A DNA stretch of 63,299 bases, counting the filler. It is 5 parts of 5 records of this genome, joined end to end, with 100 filler letters (N's around TTAATTAATTAA, not from the genome) between each part and the next. Parts side by side here need not be neighbours in the genome. Positions count along the whole stretch, not along the records: positions 11,814 to 30,270 come from DRR378314_1153; positions 30,371 to 46,831 come from DRR378314_1155; 3 more parts are not named here. One strand, 5' to 3'. The translations under genes and the position numbers were made by a program. The notes below the pieces were generated by a model. That model ran no database searches. It saw only the letters and a program-made list of their open reading frames with translations, and was not told where the DNA came from. Shown one piece after another: positions 27,635 to 39,186 of the stretch; the stretch's first letter is position 1; the number at the start of each line of letters is the position of its first letter.

Positions 27635-28174
27635 TCAGGTCTTCAGGCCTGCCTTGTCTCTGAACACTTGCAACAGGGTAAGTTGTTCCCGCGTCGGCAC
27701 GCCTTCAGCCTCGGAGACGGCGACCAGCATGGCGTCGAGATCGACAATTTCCTTTGGGCCGAGCTGAGGCGCACTCACGATGAGTTGGCTGAGCTTGCGC
27801 ATGGCCGCTTGCGGGTCCGGCAGGGAATTCGTCACCCAGGCGGCATGGGCAGACAACTCGTCCGCCTCGGCCTGCGTGAAATTGAAGTGGGCGATCATTT
27901 CCTGATCGATCACTCTTGCCTGCGCCTCCGTCAGCGGGCCTTCGCGGGCACGGGCCACCTCCATCATCATGATGGCAGCGGCCTCTCTCGGGTCTTCGAT
28001 CAGGCTTATGCCACCCTTCCCCGCCTTGTAGCGAAAGGCAAACCGGCGCGGGGCATTCGCGATGGCGCCAGCTGCATCCAGCGCCGCCTTCGCGCCACGG
28101 CGTGCCATCTGGAGACGCCATGACCAGACGCCAATCGTCATCAGGATGCCGAAGATCAGGACCAGAATGTGCAT
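27635..28174 (-). CDS. TerB-like membrane-anchored protein
   Basis: N-terminal TM; IEDPREAAAIMMMEVAR, MLVAVSEAEG.P...Q. Confidence 0.65.
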   Translation of the reverse strand: MHILVLIFGILMTIGVWSWRLQMARRGAKAALDAAGAIANAPRRFAFRYKAGKGGISLIEDPREAAAIMMMEVARAREGPLTEAQARVIDQEMIAHFNFTQAEADELSAHAAWVTNSLPDPQAAMRKLSQLIVSAPQLGPKEIVDLDAMLVAVSEAEGVPTREQLTLLQVFRDKAGLKT

Positions 28175-28221
28175 GAGCACAATGTAGCGCGACCCCACAG
28201 ACCGCGCCACTCACAAAACGG

Positions 28222-30270
28222 TCAGTTCTCGCCAGCCTCGGCCGTCGCAGCTGCATGGGCCTGAGCGAGCACATAGGCGCGGATGGATTCCGACTGCTCC
28301 GGGGTCAGATAATCCGCAAAGGACACCATGCCGTTCACCGCCAAATTGCCATCGATCACGACGCCTTTCCATGCGGTTTCGTTCCCCGTGATGGCGGACC
28401 AGCGCAAGTCTGGCAGGACACCCGAGCTGACCGCCAGCGGCCCGTGGCAAACCGTGCAATTACGCGCATAGTGGACCGCGCCTTCCGCGATCATCGTCTC
28501 GTCGCCAAAGGAATCCGCTTTGGGCGTCTTGTCGATCATCGGGAAATCGGGATCTGCAATCTCACCTTCACCGCCCAACTTGAACGTCACGACCTTGCCG
28601 ACCGTGGAAGGAACCGTCTCGTCATAGGCAAAGCCTGCTGACAGACCAAAGGCGCTGCCCCAGCCCGTTGTGATCGTAACGTACTGCTCGCCGTCAATCA
28701 TGAATGTGCCCGGGCCAGACGCGCCGCCAGACTTCAAGTCATGGCTCCAGAGCTTGTCGCCAGTTGCCGCGTCATAAGCGGCAAACTCACCATTCAGCTT
28801 TCCTTGAAACACCAAACCGCCCGCCGTGGACAGTACACCGCCATTCCAGGCATTGTCGTGCTCGACCGTCCAGCGCGGCTCTCCGGCAATCGGATCCCAC
28901 GCAATCAGGCGGCCCTTCAAGCTTGAGCGAAGGAATTTGGCGACCTCAGGCGGGGCAATCGGCGGCACACCTGCGGAAAAGTCCGCACCGGTATTCCAGG
29001 CGATCGCGTCACTCTCGAACCGCGGATCGCGTGCATAGGCCTGCGGGATCTCCTGCGCCGGAATGTAGGCGAGGTTCAGCTCCGGATTGAAGGCCATGGG
29101 GTGCCAGTTATGCGCCCCGAGAGGACCGGGTGTCTGCTGGTAAGGCACTTCTCCATACCGCGCATCCGCGATCTCGATGGGGCGGCCATTCTCATCCAGG
29201 CCGGTTGTCCAATTCTGCGGGACGAAGGCATCCCCGGACAGGAACTCCCCGGTCTCGGCATCCAGTACGTAGAAGAAGCCGTTCTTGGGGGCCTGCATCG
29301 CGATGCGGCGGCTTGCACCATCTTCGCCGAGCGGCAGGTCGGCCAGAATAATGGTCTGCGTTGCCGTGTAGTCCCAATTGTCGCCCGGCGTCGTCTGGAA
29401 GTGCCATTTATAGGTGCCGGTTTCGGCATCCACCGCGACAATCGACGACAGGAAGAGATTGTCACCGCCAGACGGATCACGGAAATCACGGTTCCAGGGA
29501 GAGCCATTCCCTACGCCGAAGATGATTTGGTCGTTGACCTCGTCATACACGATGGAATCCCAGACGGTGCCGCCACCGCCATCGGTGACCCAAGCGCCGT
29601 CATCGCCCCATGTGACATTGCCGATGTCCTCAAATGCGGCATCGGACACTTCGCCATCCGGCTGTTTCTCAGGATTGGGGACCGTGTAGAACCGCCAGAC
29701 CTTGTCGCCGGTATTCGCATCATAGGCAGAGATGTAGCCGCGCACACCCAACTCCGCGCCGCCATTGCCGATCAACACTTTGCCGTTCACCACGCGCGGC
29801 GCGCCGGTGATCGTGTAGGGCTTGGACTGGTCGACGGTTACCTCGCTCCAGACGACTTCGCCGGTTTCGGCGTCCAACGCCTCCAGCCGGCCATCAATGA
29901 TACCGACATAAACCTTGCCATCATAGACAGCGACCCCGCGGTTCACGACATCACAACAGGCCTTAACACCCACAGCGCGATCCACGTCCGGATCATAGAC
30001 CCACAGCTCTTCGCCTGTCTTTGCGTCCAGCGCGTAGACCAGCGACCAGGCCGAAGTGACATACATTACACCGTCAACCACGATGGGGGTCGATTCCACG
30101 CCGCGATTTGTCGCCAGATCATAGGTCCATGCCACGCCGAGATCGGAGACCGTGTCCGTGTTGACGTTCGTCAGGCTGGAATGGCGCTGCTCATCATAGG
30201 TGCCGCCATATGTCAGCCATTCCTCGCCTGCGCTGGCAGTGCTGATGCGCTGGGTGTCGACCGCCGCGAA
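28222..30270 (-). CDS. Quinohemoprotein (PQQ + heme c) alcohol dehydrogenase, type II (5' end off the contig)
   Basis: TPIVVDGVMY, CCDVVNRG vicinal disulfide, GGGTVWDS, DNWDYTAT, GAHNWHPM, C-terminal CTVCHG heme motif. The frame stays open to the contig end. Confidence 0.95.
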   Translation of the reverse strand, partial: FAAVDTQRISTASAGEEWLTYGGTYDEQRHSSLTNVNTDTVSDLGVAWTYDLATNRGVESTPIVVDGVMYVTSAWSLVYALDAKTGEELWVYDPDVDRAVGVKACCDVVNRGVAVYDGKVYVGIIDGRLEALDAETGEVVWSEVTVDQSKPYTITGAPRVVNGKVLIGNGGAELGVRGYISAYDANTGDKVWRFYTVPNPEKQPDGEVSDAAFEDIGNVTWGDDGAWVTDGGGGTVWDSIVYDEVNDQIIFGVGNGSPWNRDFRDPSGGDNLFLSSIVAVDAETGTYKWHFQTTPGDNWDYTATQTIILADLPLGEDGASRRIAMQAPKNGFFYVLDAETGEFLSGDAFVPQNWTTGLDENGRPIEIADARYGEVPYQQTPGPLGAHNWHPMAFNPELNLAYIPAQEIPQAYARDPRFESDAIAWNTGADFSAGVPPIAPPEVAKFLRSSLKGRLIAWDPIAGEPRWTVEHDNAWNGGVLSTAGGLVFQGKLNGEFAAYDAATGDKLWSHDLKSGGASGPGTFMIDGEQYVTITTGWGSAFGLSAGFAYDETVPSTVGKVVTFKLGGEGEIADPDFPMIDKTPKADSFGDETMIAEGAVHYARNCTVCHGPLAVSSGVLPDLRWSAITGNETAWKGVVIDGNLAVNGMVSFADYLTPEQSESIRAYVLAQAHAAATAEAGEN

Positions 30271-30370
30271 NNNNNNNNNNNNNNNNNNNNNNNNNNNNNN
30301 NNNNNNNNNNNNNNTTAATTAATTAANNNNNNNNNNNNNNNNNNNNNNNNNNNNNNNNNNNNNNNNNNNN
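30271..30370. other. Artificial contig-joining spacer
   Basis: N-run, TTAATTAATTAA, N-run. Confidence 0.99.
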
Positions 30371-30464
30371 GTCGTACCTGCATGATGGCCAATGCGTTGC
30401 TGTTGGATTTGTCGTTTGCTCTGATTCCGCCCTCGCGCGGCACCGTCTGTCCGCCGCGTTGCAG

Positions 30465-32424
30465 GAATTCGCAACTGGCGGGGATTCTGCAGGACGGTCG
30501 GCGCTCGAAAGGATCGTAGCAAATGTACTCGATATCCTGGAGCAAAATTTAAGTACGTACTGTGATCAATATCTGGGAATTTCTGTCCGGAATACTGCGT
30601 GCGATTGGTGATCTTCATCCCCCCCTGTGCGCGCGATGTTTGCAGTGCTGATCGGTTCAGTTCTTGAAATTGAGCAACGTTTTCTATACAAACTCACGGT
30701 TTTATTCACGAAAGAGCGGGTGTGCATCATTCGAGGTCTCAGACCTACAAAATGTTTCTACACAACGGGCCCCGAAGCTGGAAGCACCAGCTAGCGTTTA
30801 CGAATGGGAGCGCGATTCGTCTTTCTTTCTTTCGTTCCCTTTTTGCGGTCCCGTACCGTTGGCCAGTCGCAATCGCTGGATTCAAAATGCTGTACCTCGC
30901 TGTACCTCGCTGTACCTCGCTGCTCATTACTCACTTCTGTACTACCCTCGCCTTTGTTTCCGCTACTTTGCCGTTTCTTCGCATAATCAGGCTCGCGTTC
31001 GCACTCATACCGTCATGCATCTTTGGCAGCAATGTTTCTGCTCAATAATTACCATCATATGGTGAAGACGGTATGAAATGCAACCAGCATGGCGTTGCCG
31101 ACGTCATTGGTAGCACGTTGGGTTCCTATAGGTAGAAATACGAACTCAAGCACGATGGATGCTTACGCGCTACCGTTTCTTTTGAGCTCTTATCCATGCA
31201 TAGCTTTGTGATCCATTCGGATCAAAAATCACTGACAGGGATCCGATCTCCGTGTTTTGCTCTTGCGTTTCCCGTTTCGTCTGCTTCGCGCTCCCGCCCG
31301 CTCCGTAGATATCGGGAAGCGACCTCGCTACCCTGGTCGGAGATACAGCGATACAGAGGCTGGAAAGTTCTGTCAATGCGCAGCGAGAGCTCTATTTCAA
31401 AGCTGCATGGGCCAAAATGGTATCGGTTTTAGAGGCAGATGCGGACAAAAAGAAAGAAATCAAGGCACTGTTCGCTGGGTTCAATGCAGCGCTTACAGAG
31501 GGCGTTGCCGCCCATAAGCAGTACGCTGTGCCGGACCACGAGCTGCGGCAGAGCTTACGCGCGGAGATATCCAACATCATTGTCCCCGCGTATGCCAAGG
31601 TGCGGCCTCTATGCAATAGGCAACGCGGCCTTGTGCTTTCATTGTGCAAGGTTTAAATGGCAGTAATCATGTTGGCGTCTCCTGCTATTACGCCTTTTTG
31701 TGTTCCATGCTACCGAGCGAATCGTGGTTATGGGCCTCGCTTACGTTCCGCGAGCGTATGATTCGCGACCGCGCAGCTCGTCGCGTTTCAGCCGTTCGCG
31801 CTTGCCGCGCGCACTCCCGCTCCTTGTTGGCTATACATGGTCTATTTGGAGGTGGACAGGCAGCCGTGCGTATTGATGGTTTAGTTTGGATGGCGTGAAC
31901 TACGCAGAGTTGCGCTGCTACCTGAGTATCGTTTGAAGGGGGAATCGGCGAAGTTGCATCGCCTTGCAAGCGGTGCAACGTCCAGGGCATTGCAACTGAC
32001 AAAGACCATGTTTCGATGCGTTGCGACCATGCCTCTATACTGCTGGACGTTCGGATCGCGTGTTATGTCTGATCAGATCTTGGAGCAACACGATCCGTCA
32101 CAGGTATGCCTTGGTAGCTCGGTGATGATGTGGTGAACGCGGGAGTGCCTGTGGTCCTGCGAAAGCTTGCCGCGGCCAACTGTCGTCCACGCGCGGCTCC
32201 CAACGTATCACCTCTGCGTCAATGCCTTTTTTCTTGCCCGAATGCGCTCGCTCCTGTGCTTAATCTGTACCCGTTTGGTGTTCCTTTGCATGGTTCCTTC
32301 GTTTGCGCGATCTCTGCGAAATCCATTCCCGCCGTAGTTCACGAAGAACGCCGACAAGTATGTAAAGTATTCGGTTGACGATGTGCGATCCATGCTCGCG
32401 ACTTTGTTTGAAGATCGTCGATAA
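30465..32424 (+). CDS. EXO70: Exocyst subunit Exo70, 3' exons (eukaryotic, spliced, 5'-partial)
   Basis: GT-AG-bounded exons encoding LAAMFLLNNYHHMVK (~31022-31070), KKKEIKALFAGFNAAL...YAVPDHELRQSLR...IVPAYAK (31432-31599) and FTKNADKYVKYSVDDV...LFEDRR* (32338-32424). Confidence 0.85.
30889..30922. repeat. Intronic 10-bp tandem repeat (GCTGTACCTC)x3
   Basis: Directly visible. Confidence 0.8.
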
Positions 32425-33122
32425 ATTTTCGCTGCACAAGGGTGCTGGGCACAGATGAGCGCGTTCGCATTCCGTCGCTCAATGGGCGTTGCTTCCGCCA
32501 TCGACACTGCTGCGCACGGCCCGAAATCAGGCGCGCTTGTTCGCGTGTGGTCCAAGAATGAAAGAACCGCCCTCCCGTTGTCAGTCGCGACCCGCGCGCC
32601 GCTCACCTTATCGGGATCTTTGGTACTACATACTACCGCTCTGCCCAGCATGTGATCTACTGCAGTAGAAAGACGGATAAGAGAAAATCTCACGAAAGTC
32701 CTTCCAATAGAACGTCACCAAGCCTGCGCCCGAAACGTACATTACCGAGGAAATTCATCCCTAAGTGGGCTGCTCTATCACAATTGCGAGGAAACGCCGC
32801 GTGCGCACCGCGTGAGGAGATTGCGGTAGCATCGTAGTGACTACCGAACAGCACGCCCTCGGGGCGGCCCTTTCTCGTTTCCACCGTGTGAGCGGCCTTT
32901 TTTTCGTTTTGCGTCTGTGTGTAGACAGTTGTCCTTGCACGCTACACGGACGATCGCGCACTTGCGCCGGTGCAGACGCGTGGCAGTTCCCGCTGCAAGG
33001 TGCTTGGCCGTCCGGGCGTGCTCGCCTCTGCAGCAGACGTAGGTAGCAGTGCCAACATTGCTGCGCACGCAGAGCGGCCGCATGCGGAACCCTCTTCCTC
33101 ATCGATAACCCCTAAGATTTTC

Positions 33123-33902
33123 ATGACGCACTACGAAACGCTTGGGGTTTCGGAGGATGCTTCTTTGGAGGAGATTCGCGCTCGCTTCCGAGCGCTAGCG
33201 CGCGAGCTGCATCCTGACAAAGCGAGCGTACGCTCCTGCTCAACGCAAAGTACAGCGAGTTCTGACGCGTTTCAGACGATTGCTGCGGCTTACGAGGTCG
33301 TAGGGAATACTTCGACACGTGAGCTCTATGACAGAAGACTATCAGGTGCGTAACAGGGTGGCAGAAGCTTATTGTACGTCATACTGGCTCGTGGATGGCC
33401 GAACGCAGCCAGCGTGCGCACACACATTCCTCCCACTTGCGGGTCTGCGCAGAATCACACCAGCGTGTTTTCAGCGCGACGCTACAGGCTTCCGTATGGA
33501 ACGAAATTCTCACTCCGCTCCTTTTTCACTCTACCTGTGTATGTAGAAGTACGTCGCAGAGAACGTGTGATCATTAGTGACGAAGTTGATCTGGATGAAT
33601 TTTCGATGGACGAAGCCAGCGAGGAGTACTCGTATCCGTATGTTGATCATCAGTGCCGTTTCCGAGGCAGTTCAAGCTGCAGGCCCGAGCGCCACCGAGT
33701 GCTCACTTCTCTCACCCATCCCCCCCCCGTCGGCTTGCGCCTCGCGTTTCGGTCCAGGTGTCGCTGTGGTGATCGATATGTAGTATCAGAGACGGATCTC
33801 TCCGACGGGCGCTCGGTTGTAGGATGTCGCGGATGCTCGCTCTACGTTCGCGTTCTGTACGAGGAGTGCGAGCCCGCGCAGGAGACCGACGAAGCCGTGT
33901 AG
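33123..33902 (+). CDS. DPH4: DPH4/DNAJC24 (J-domain + CSL zinc finger), 3 exons
   Basis: Exons 33123-33345, 33547-33637 and 33758-33902 splice in frame (GT-AG): THYETLGV...LHPDK...DEVDLDEF...YSYPCRCG...GCRGCSL. Confidence 0.92.
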
Positions 33903-34146
33903 CCTGCAAGCGGGTCTCCGAGCGGGAAGCTGGGGCTCGCTTCCCTTTGTACTCAGCAGCAGGCAGATGTCGCGCACCAGAAAGAGCGCACAGCCCATGT
34001 ATTATCAATCTCTGATTTATAGAGAATGTCTGAGGCTTACAAAAAGCTACATACAGCACAATACGGACGCGAGTGACCACAGCGAGGGTACACAAATGGG
34101 AACAGCGACAACAACAAACACAACAGACGCTGTTGCAATGTTCGAT

Positions 34147-36859
34147 TCACCTGCGGCGGCGCTTGTCCGCACGCTTCGAAGCTACGTGTCCTGCATACAC
34201 GTCCAAGTCATCTCCTTCCAGCATTTTCCCGCCGATCGTATTGTCATCAACCTGCGATATTGTATAAGAATACGAAATAAAAGCCAGGGATGATAAGCTT
34301 CTGCGCCGGCGCACAGCAGCGCAGGTGTGCGTCCTCGCAAACGCGAACGGAGTGCAGCCTGCAGTCTGCAACATTCGCACCTTGACCTCATCCTTCTCCA
34401 GCGCTTCCGCAAACGCCTCGGCGTGCTCCGGCTCCGCAAAGCGCACGTGCCCCTCACGATCGTCCCGGCGGAAATCAATAAACTTTACCTCTCCCTTACT
34501 GGCCTTTGCAAAAATCTGACAGAATCAGCATTGTTCGGTCCGCGGAGCGAGAAAAAAGGCGCATGTGAGGCAATACCTAGGAACGCGCGCTGCCGCTCCC
34601 GCCCCGCGTGGGACTACAATAAGAGAAATATGTAAACAAGGCAATCGCACGAGTCGGCAAGCCTGGCGCCAAGATAGGAATCATGCCCCACGGCAATCGT
34701 CTCTACCTATAGCCGGTATATCCTTACAATAGCTTACAATAAAAAAACCAACATGAATATAGTCGCGGCAGGGCTTGTCAGGCATGCCCCGACACGTGCG
34801 TTAGCGCGCTGTGCGATCGGAGATGACAGCAACGTCGCACCTCTTGCAGATCTTCGCGAGCCTTTCCCTCAGGCACATTATTGAAGAACACAACGCGGCC
34901 CTTGATCTGCTCCAAAGTCTTTTCCTTGGGATTCATCTTTTTGTCCCCTTTATCGCCACTCCCAGGAGCCTTGCGCTTCTTCTCTCCCTGCGGCTTCCAA
35001 GATTGCCTGCGTGGAGTCGAAGTCACGCAGGTTCCACGCAATGGGAGGGTGAGTGCAGCGAAAGGTGCGCACGTTCGGCAGCGGTGCACTCGCGCACAGC
35101 CCTTGCTCTGCACACGCGTCCGGTCCTTGCGACGAACGTAAACCGCCTCCATACAGCACAATTGCATTCTACCCAAACGAGTTTCGAGTGGAGGGGTGGA
35201 GCGAATCGTACGCAAAGCGCAGTGGACCCACCGAGTCACAGCGCACGCAGCCGCCAGACTGTGTGGAAAGAGCAGGCAATTCAGCTCAGTCTCGAGAAGA
35301 TATCCTCGCTGGTTGCCAAATGGAACGCACCGAGGAACAATGGAAACTTTCACGCCTTCGTACTCGACATCTTCCTTGTTGGCAACTGCTTTCGCCGTTG
35401 CTTCCGTGTCAAACTCGATGAAAACGGTTTCCGTTGGTTCCTTATTCTTGCGAATCCGACGGACGGACAACACTTTGCCGAACTCGCCGAAAAACGCGCG
35501 TAGCGCGTCCTCCTCAGCCGCTTTCGCAACGGGGCTCTGTATGGAACAATAGACAGAGTAAAGAGCCAACAACGTGCGTTCACAACTAATACCAAGTGTA
35601 TGTCTCGTTTCAAATACAAATGCAAAGGGTCTGCTGCGGCACGCAGTCGTTGATTCGCGCATGAAACGAAGTATCGCGTGCTACCGCTCTAGCGCCGCCG
35701 GCGCGTTCCCAACGTCCGGCAAGAGAGCATAGCGTACCACAACGATAGACCGCGTGCGCGTGACATCGAACGTAGGCACAGGGTCTTTGCGACGGATACG
35801 TGTTTTATCCTCACTTAGAATTACTGTTTCAGATGACGCAACTGCATCGGCAACTTCGCCTGCGTCCGACGTCAAGGCGTTGAGACGTTTGAATGACAGC
35901 AGGACGGAGATCGGAACGACTGCAGAGCACGCGCCACGGGAAAGGAAAAGCGCGAGGTCAGGTCCCTTTGATAGATTGCACCGCCACGCGTACATTGTGG
36001 CATTCTTTCCAAATAACGGTGCGGTAGAGGCATTGATCACGTATATCGGTTTTGATCTGCGAGCATCTTGTTTGCGAGCGCTGCCGTAAGCAGAGCAAAA
36101 TACCGCACGCGCGCACGAAGAACACAAGCGTAGCACCTGCGAATAGAGGAGAGGGAGAGTGAAAGCCCGTGAATTTGCCAGTGTGCTTTACGCTACTGAC
36201 ACTCGGGGGCATAGCACGGTACTTACACCGCAAGGCCACCATCGCTAAGTATTCGATTCTACTTCTCAGGAGAGCTGTCATGCATACGGAAAGGCCTGGC
36301 GCACATAAAGGCGGAAAGCGCATCCGGCGACATAGACCGCTGCCCGCTGCGCTCCTTGCTTGGTCGGCGCCGGGCGCAGCGGCCAACACTTGTGCAAGCG
36401 TTCCCGAGCGAAGCGAAACGACAATTCAGCGATGTAGAATAGGGTAACTCCCTGAAGGCATAGAGGCCAATCAAATTCCAATTCAAAATACATGGACAGC
36501 GTGCGACACAATAAGATCACGAGAACGCGAGTAAAGAGAGGGAGAAGCAGGCTGGCCGTTGCGGAAACACGGGGCGCGTGGGCAAGCGCTTGCGCTCACA
36601 CACCCACACGCCCACACACACACGACAGCAAACTCCCACGCCCACACGCGCGAGCACCGCTGCGAGCCGTTCGCTCCCTGCCACCGGCACCACGCCGCGC
36701 CTCTATCACGCCGCCTTCAGCGCCCCGCGCGCTGAGTGCGTACGTACACGACTCTGGATCCTCATCAATTTTTCCCATGAGAAATTTGTCGCGCGGCAGG
36801 TTGCTGTCGGAGAAATAGAACTCCACCTGCTTGCGAATATTTTCTGCGTGCTCCGACAT
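34147..36859 (-). CDS. SSB: La protein (La motif, RRM1, xRRM), multi-exon
   Basis: IRKQVEFYFSDSNLPRDKFL; VPISVLLSFKRL; RRM1 FFGEFGKVLSVR..VFIEF; RRM2 VKFIDFRRDDREGHVRF; GT-AG introns. Confidence 0.9.
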
Positions 36860-37381
36860 GGCGACAAGGGGCGAAGAGAACGCCTAGCACAAGAGACAAA
36901 AAGAGACTGTAACACAAGCGCGTGGTAAGCACTGCTCCAAACCAAGATGCATACACCGAGACTGCGCAGATGAGTCTGTCGCATCGATCCACGACACACC
37001 CCTCGTCACTAGGGTTTACTATTCAGAGAAGACGATTCCAACTGGGTGGGCAACCGAGGTCGCCCGAGGCAACACTTCACTTGCACCACAGCGCGTCCTT
37101 CCTCCCGCCACACGAGACCAGTCTCGCATTTATCCCGAACAGCACTTCGAACATCGTCGTTTCGTGAAACATACAGAGGATATTCTGTGTGAATCTTGCA
37201 TAGTCCGCGTCGTGCCGCTGGTCCGGATCGTGCGCGGTCTCTTTAGCGGCCGCGGCCGCCGCTTCGCGAGGAGCTACCGAGTGCTTACGACGAGCCAAGG
37301 GAGGCGACGGCAATCATCACAGCCCGATAAACCTGACCAGCCACGAGCGGAAAGAAGCAAACGGTCTGCACAGGCATTATT

Positions 37382-38925
37382 ATGGTGTGTCACTGCAGCA
37401 TGTGCTGAAGTACCGTCTTGTATACGACACTGCGCGCGGGTGCTTATCCGATTGCGTTCTATGTATTCGCACGCGGCGAGCTGCAGGCACACGCAACGCA
37501 GGAGCACGCTCCGTCGATAGAAGACCTGTTGCAGAAGGCTGGCGTTTCTGTTCCCGAAAACGCACGTATCATCATTCCTACCCCCGGATTCGTAGTCAAG
37601 ACGCGAGAGAAAAATGGAGGACGTAAAATATTCGCCAACGTGTGCGGAGCCCCGGAGCTGGCAGCACCGGATCAGCACGTGCTTGGCGGAGCGCCGCAGC
37701 AACCGCGCGACCCTGGTGAAAAACTCCGCCTTCCTATGAGCGTGAGTGCGCCGCGCGAAGATGCTGACAAAGGTTTGTGGTCGCCTGGAACACAATTCAG
37801 ACTACTAATTGAGCATATGTTGTACTGCAAACCACTCGATTCCTTTGTGACGGGTATAGGGCTGTGCTTGATGTGCTTTGTAACTGTACAAATGCGACTC
37901 ACTGCAAACACTGTACAATCTGTACGTTTCACGCCCGCATAGCGGGAAAGCCCTGCCTTGTATTTGACGCAGTATTCAATCGCGACTTTGTGGATAAAGT
38001 GATGAAAGAGCGCGATATGAAACTATTTCTTGGAGAAGTAACGACGTCCTGGATTGCGGCAAAGCACGAAATGGAGCTGGAGGAGGGTACGAACGCTGCA
38101 CTACGAACAGCAGGCGAGCTGCAGCCCAATCGGTACAGTATGTCTTGCGCCGTGCACTATGCTGTTTCACGCACTGAGGCGTCGTAGAATCTTTTCTTTT
38201 TTCTTACAAATTTGTAGGTCAACAGCAGGTATAAGTCGTTGCATTGAGCTGATCAAGATGTTAATGAAACGAAGGAGCCTACACGCCCCACCAGCGCATC
38301 GTAGACTCGTGCGCTTTGCCGGATACGCGAAATGAGGTTGCGCTTGGGATGTGCATGTGTTGACTCTCGCTATCTATATTCTTATAACATCCACTCATCC
38401 GACGTCATCCTTGCAGACTTTAAAGTTCTTAGTCTTTCCTACAAAGGAGAGCTCCCGGTCCCTCCACACTTTGTACGAAAAGAACCCTCAAATCATATTC
38501 AAGAAGTCGGCACAAACAAGGAAGGGGACCTCCCACCGCACGACGATCCGCGCAAGACCCGCTCGACGATTTTCATCGAGCTACACGCAAAAGACGAAGC
38601 GCATTGCACGTTTCAGGTTTTCCTTCCCTCTGGTAGTACGGCCCAGGATGTATCCGTGCGTGTGGATGGGAGGCGACTGCGGGTTTCGGCTGGCACTTGT
38701 GCACCGTCCTCCATCGCCGTCCCCGCAGCCTTTGTAGAAGACGCGGATCCCACAATTGAGCTGGTATACGGAAAAAATCCAGAGCAGTTGTTCGTCAAGG
38801 TCAGCGGGAAGCAGCGCCCTCAAAAAACCGATGCGGAGCACGCATTTTGCCGCTCCGATATTGATCGTTTAAAGGACGAGCTCCGCATGATGGCGTTCGA
38901 CCCGGAGCTTCTCTTGTCGCCGTAG
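37382..38925 (+). CDS. PIH1 domain protein (PIH1D1/R2TP-like), multi-exon; start uncertain
   Basis: PTPGFVVKT..KIFANVC, RLPMSVSAPREDADK, GKPCLVFDAVFN, DFKVL..YKG; GT-AG introns. Confidence 0.85.
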
Positions 38926-39186
38926 ACTGCGGTAGATACCAAGAGTCAAGCCTCGCCGCGTGCGCCAGTGCACATAAACGCACTGTTATAACGCACAGAG
39001 TGCGTGCTGCTGCCCCCCCTACCAACCCCGGCTACACAATCATCTTTCTCCGGACAGGACGAAATACACTGTATTTGAATTACGTTGGTATACTGTTCAT
39101 AAAACGAGAGAAGCTCCGCGCACGCCTTGAGGATGGTACACATTGCACAGACGGGGAACTTCCCACGCCGGCACCGAACCGGACCC

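Noticed and set aside
86-30318. Many long overlapping or antisense ORFs (e.g. 1895-2872, 4803-5735, 15086-15913, 17112-17993, 29101-30318)
   Set aside because: Shadow frames of GC-rich genes, with no recognisable motifs.
28222-32424. Apparent bacterial-to-eukaryote gene transfer junction
   Set aside because: The two parts are separated by an artificial spacer, so adjacency carries no information.
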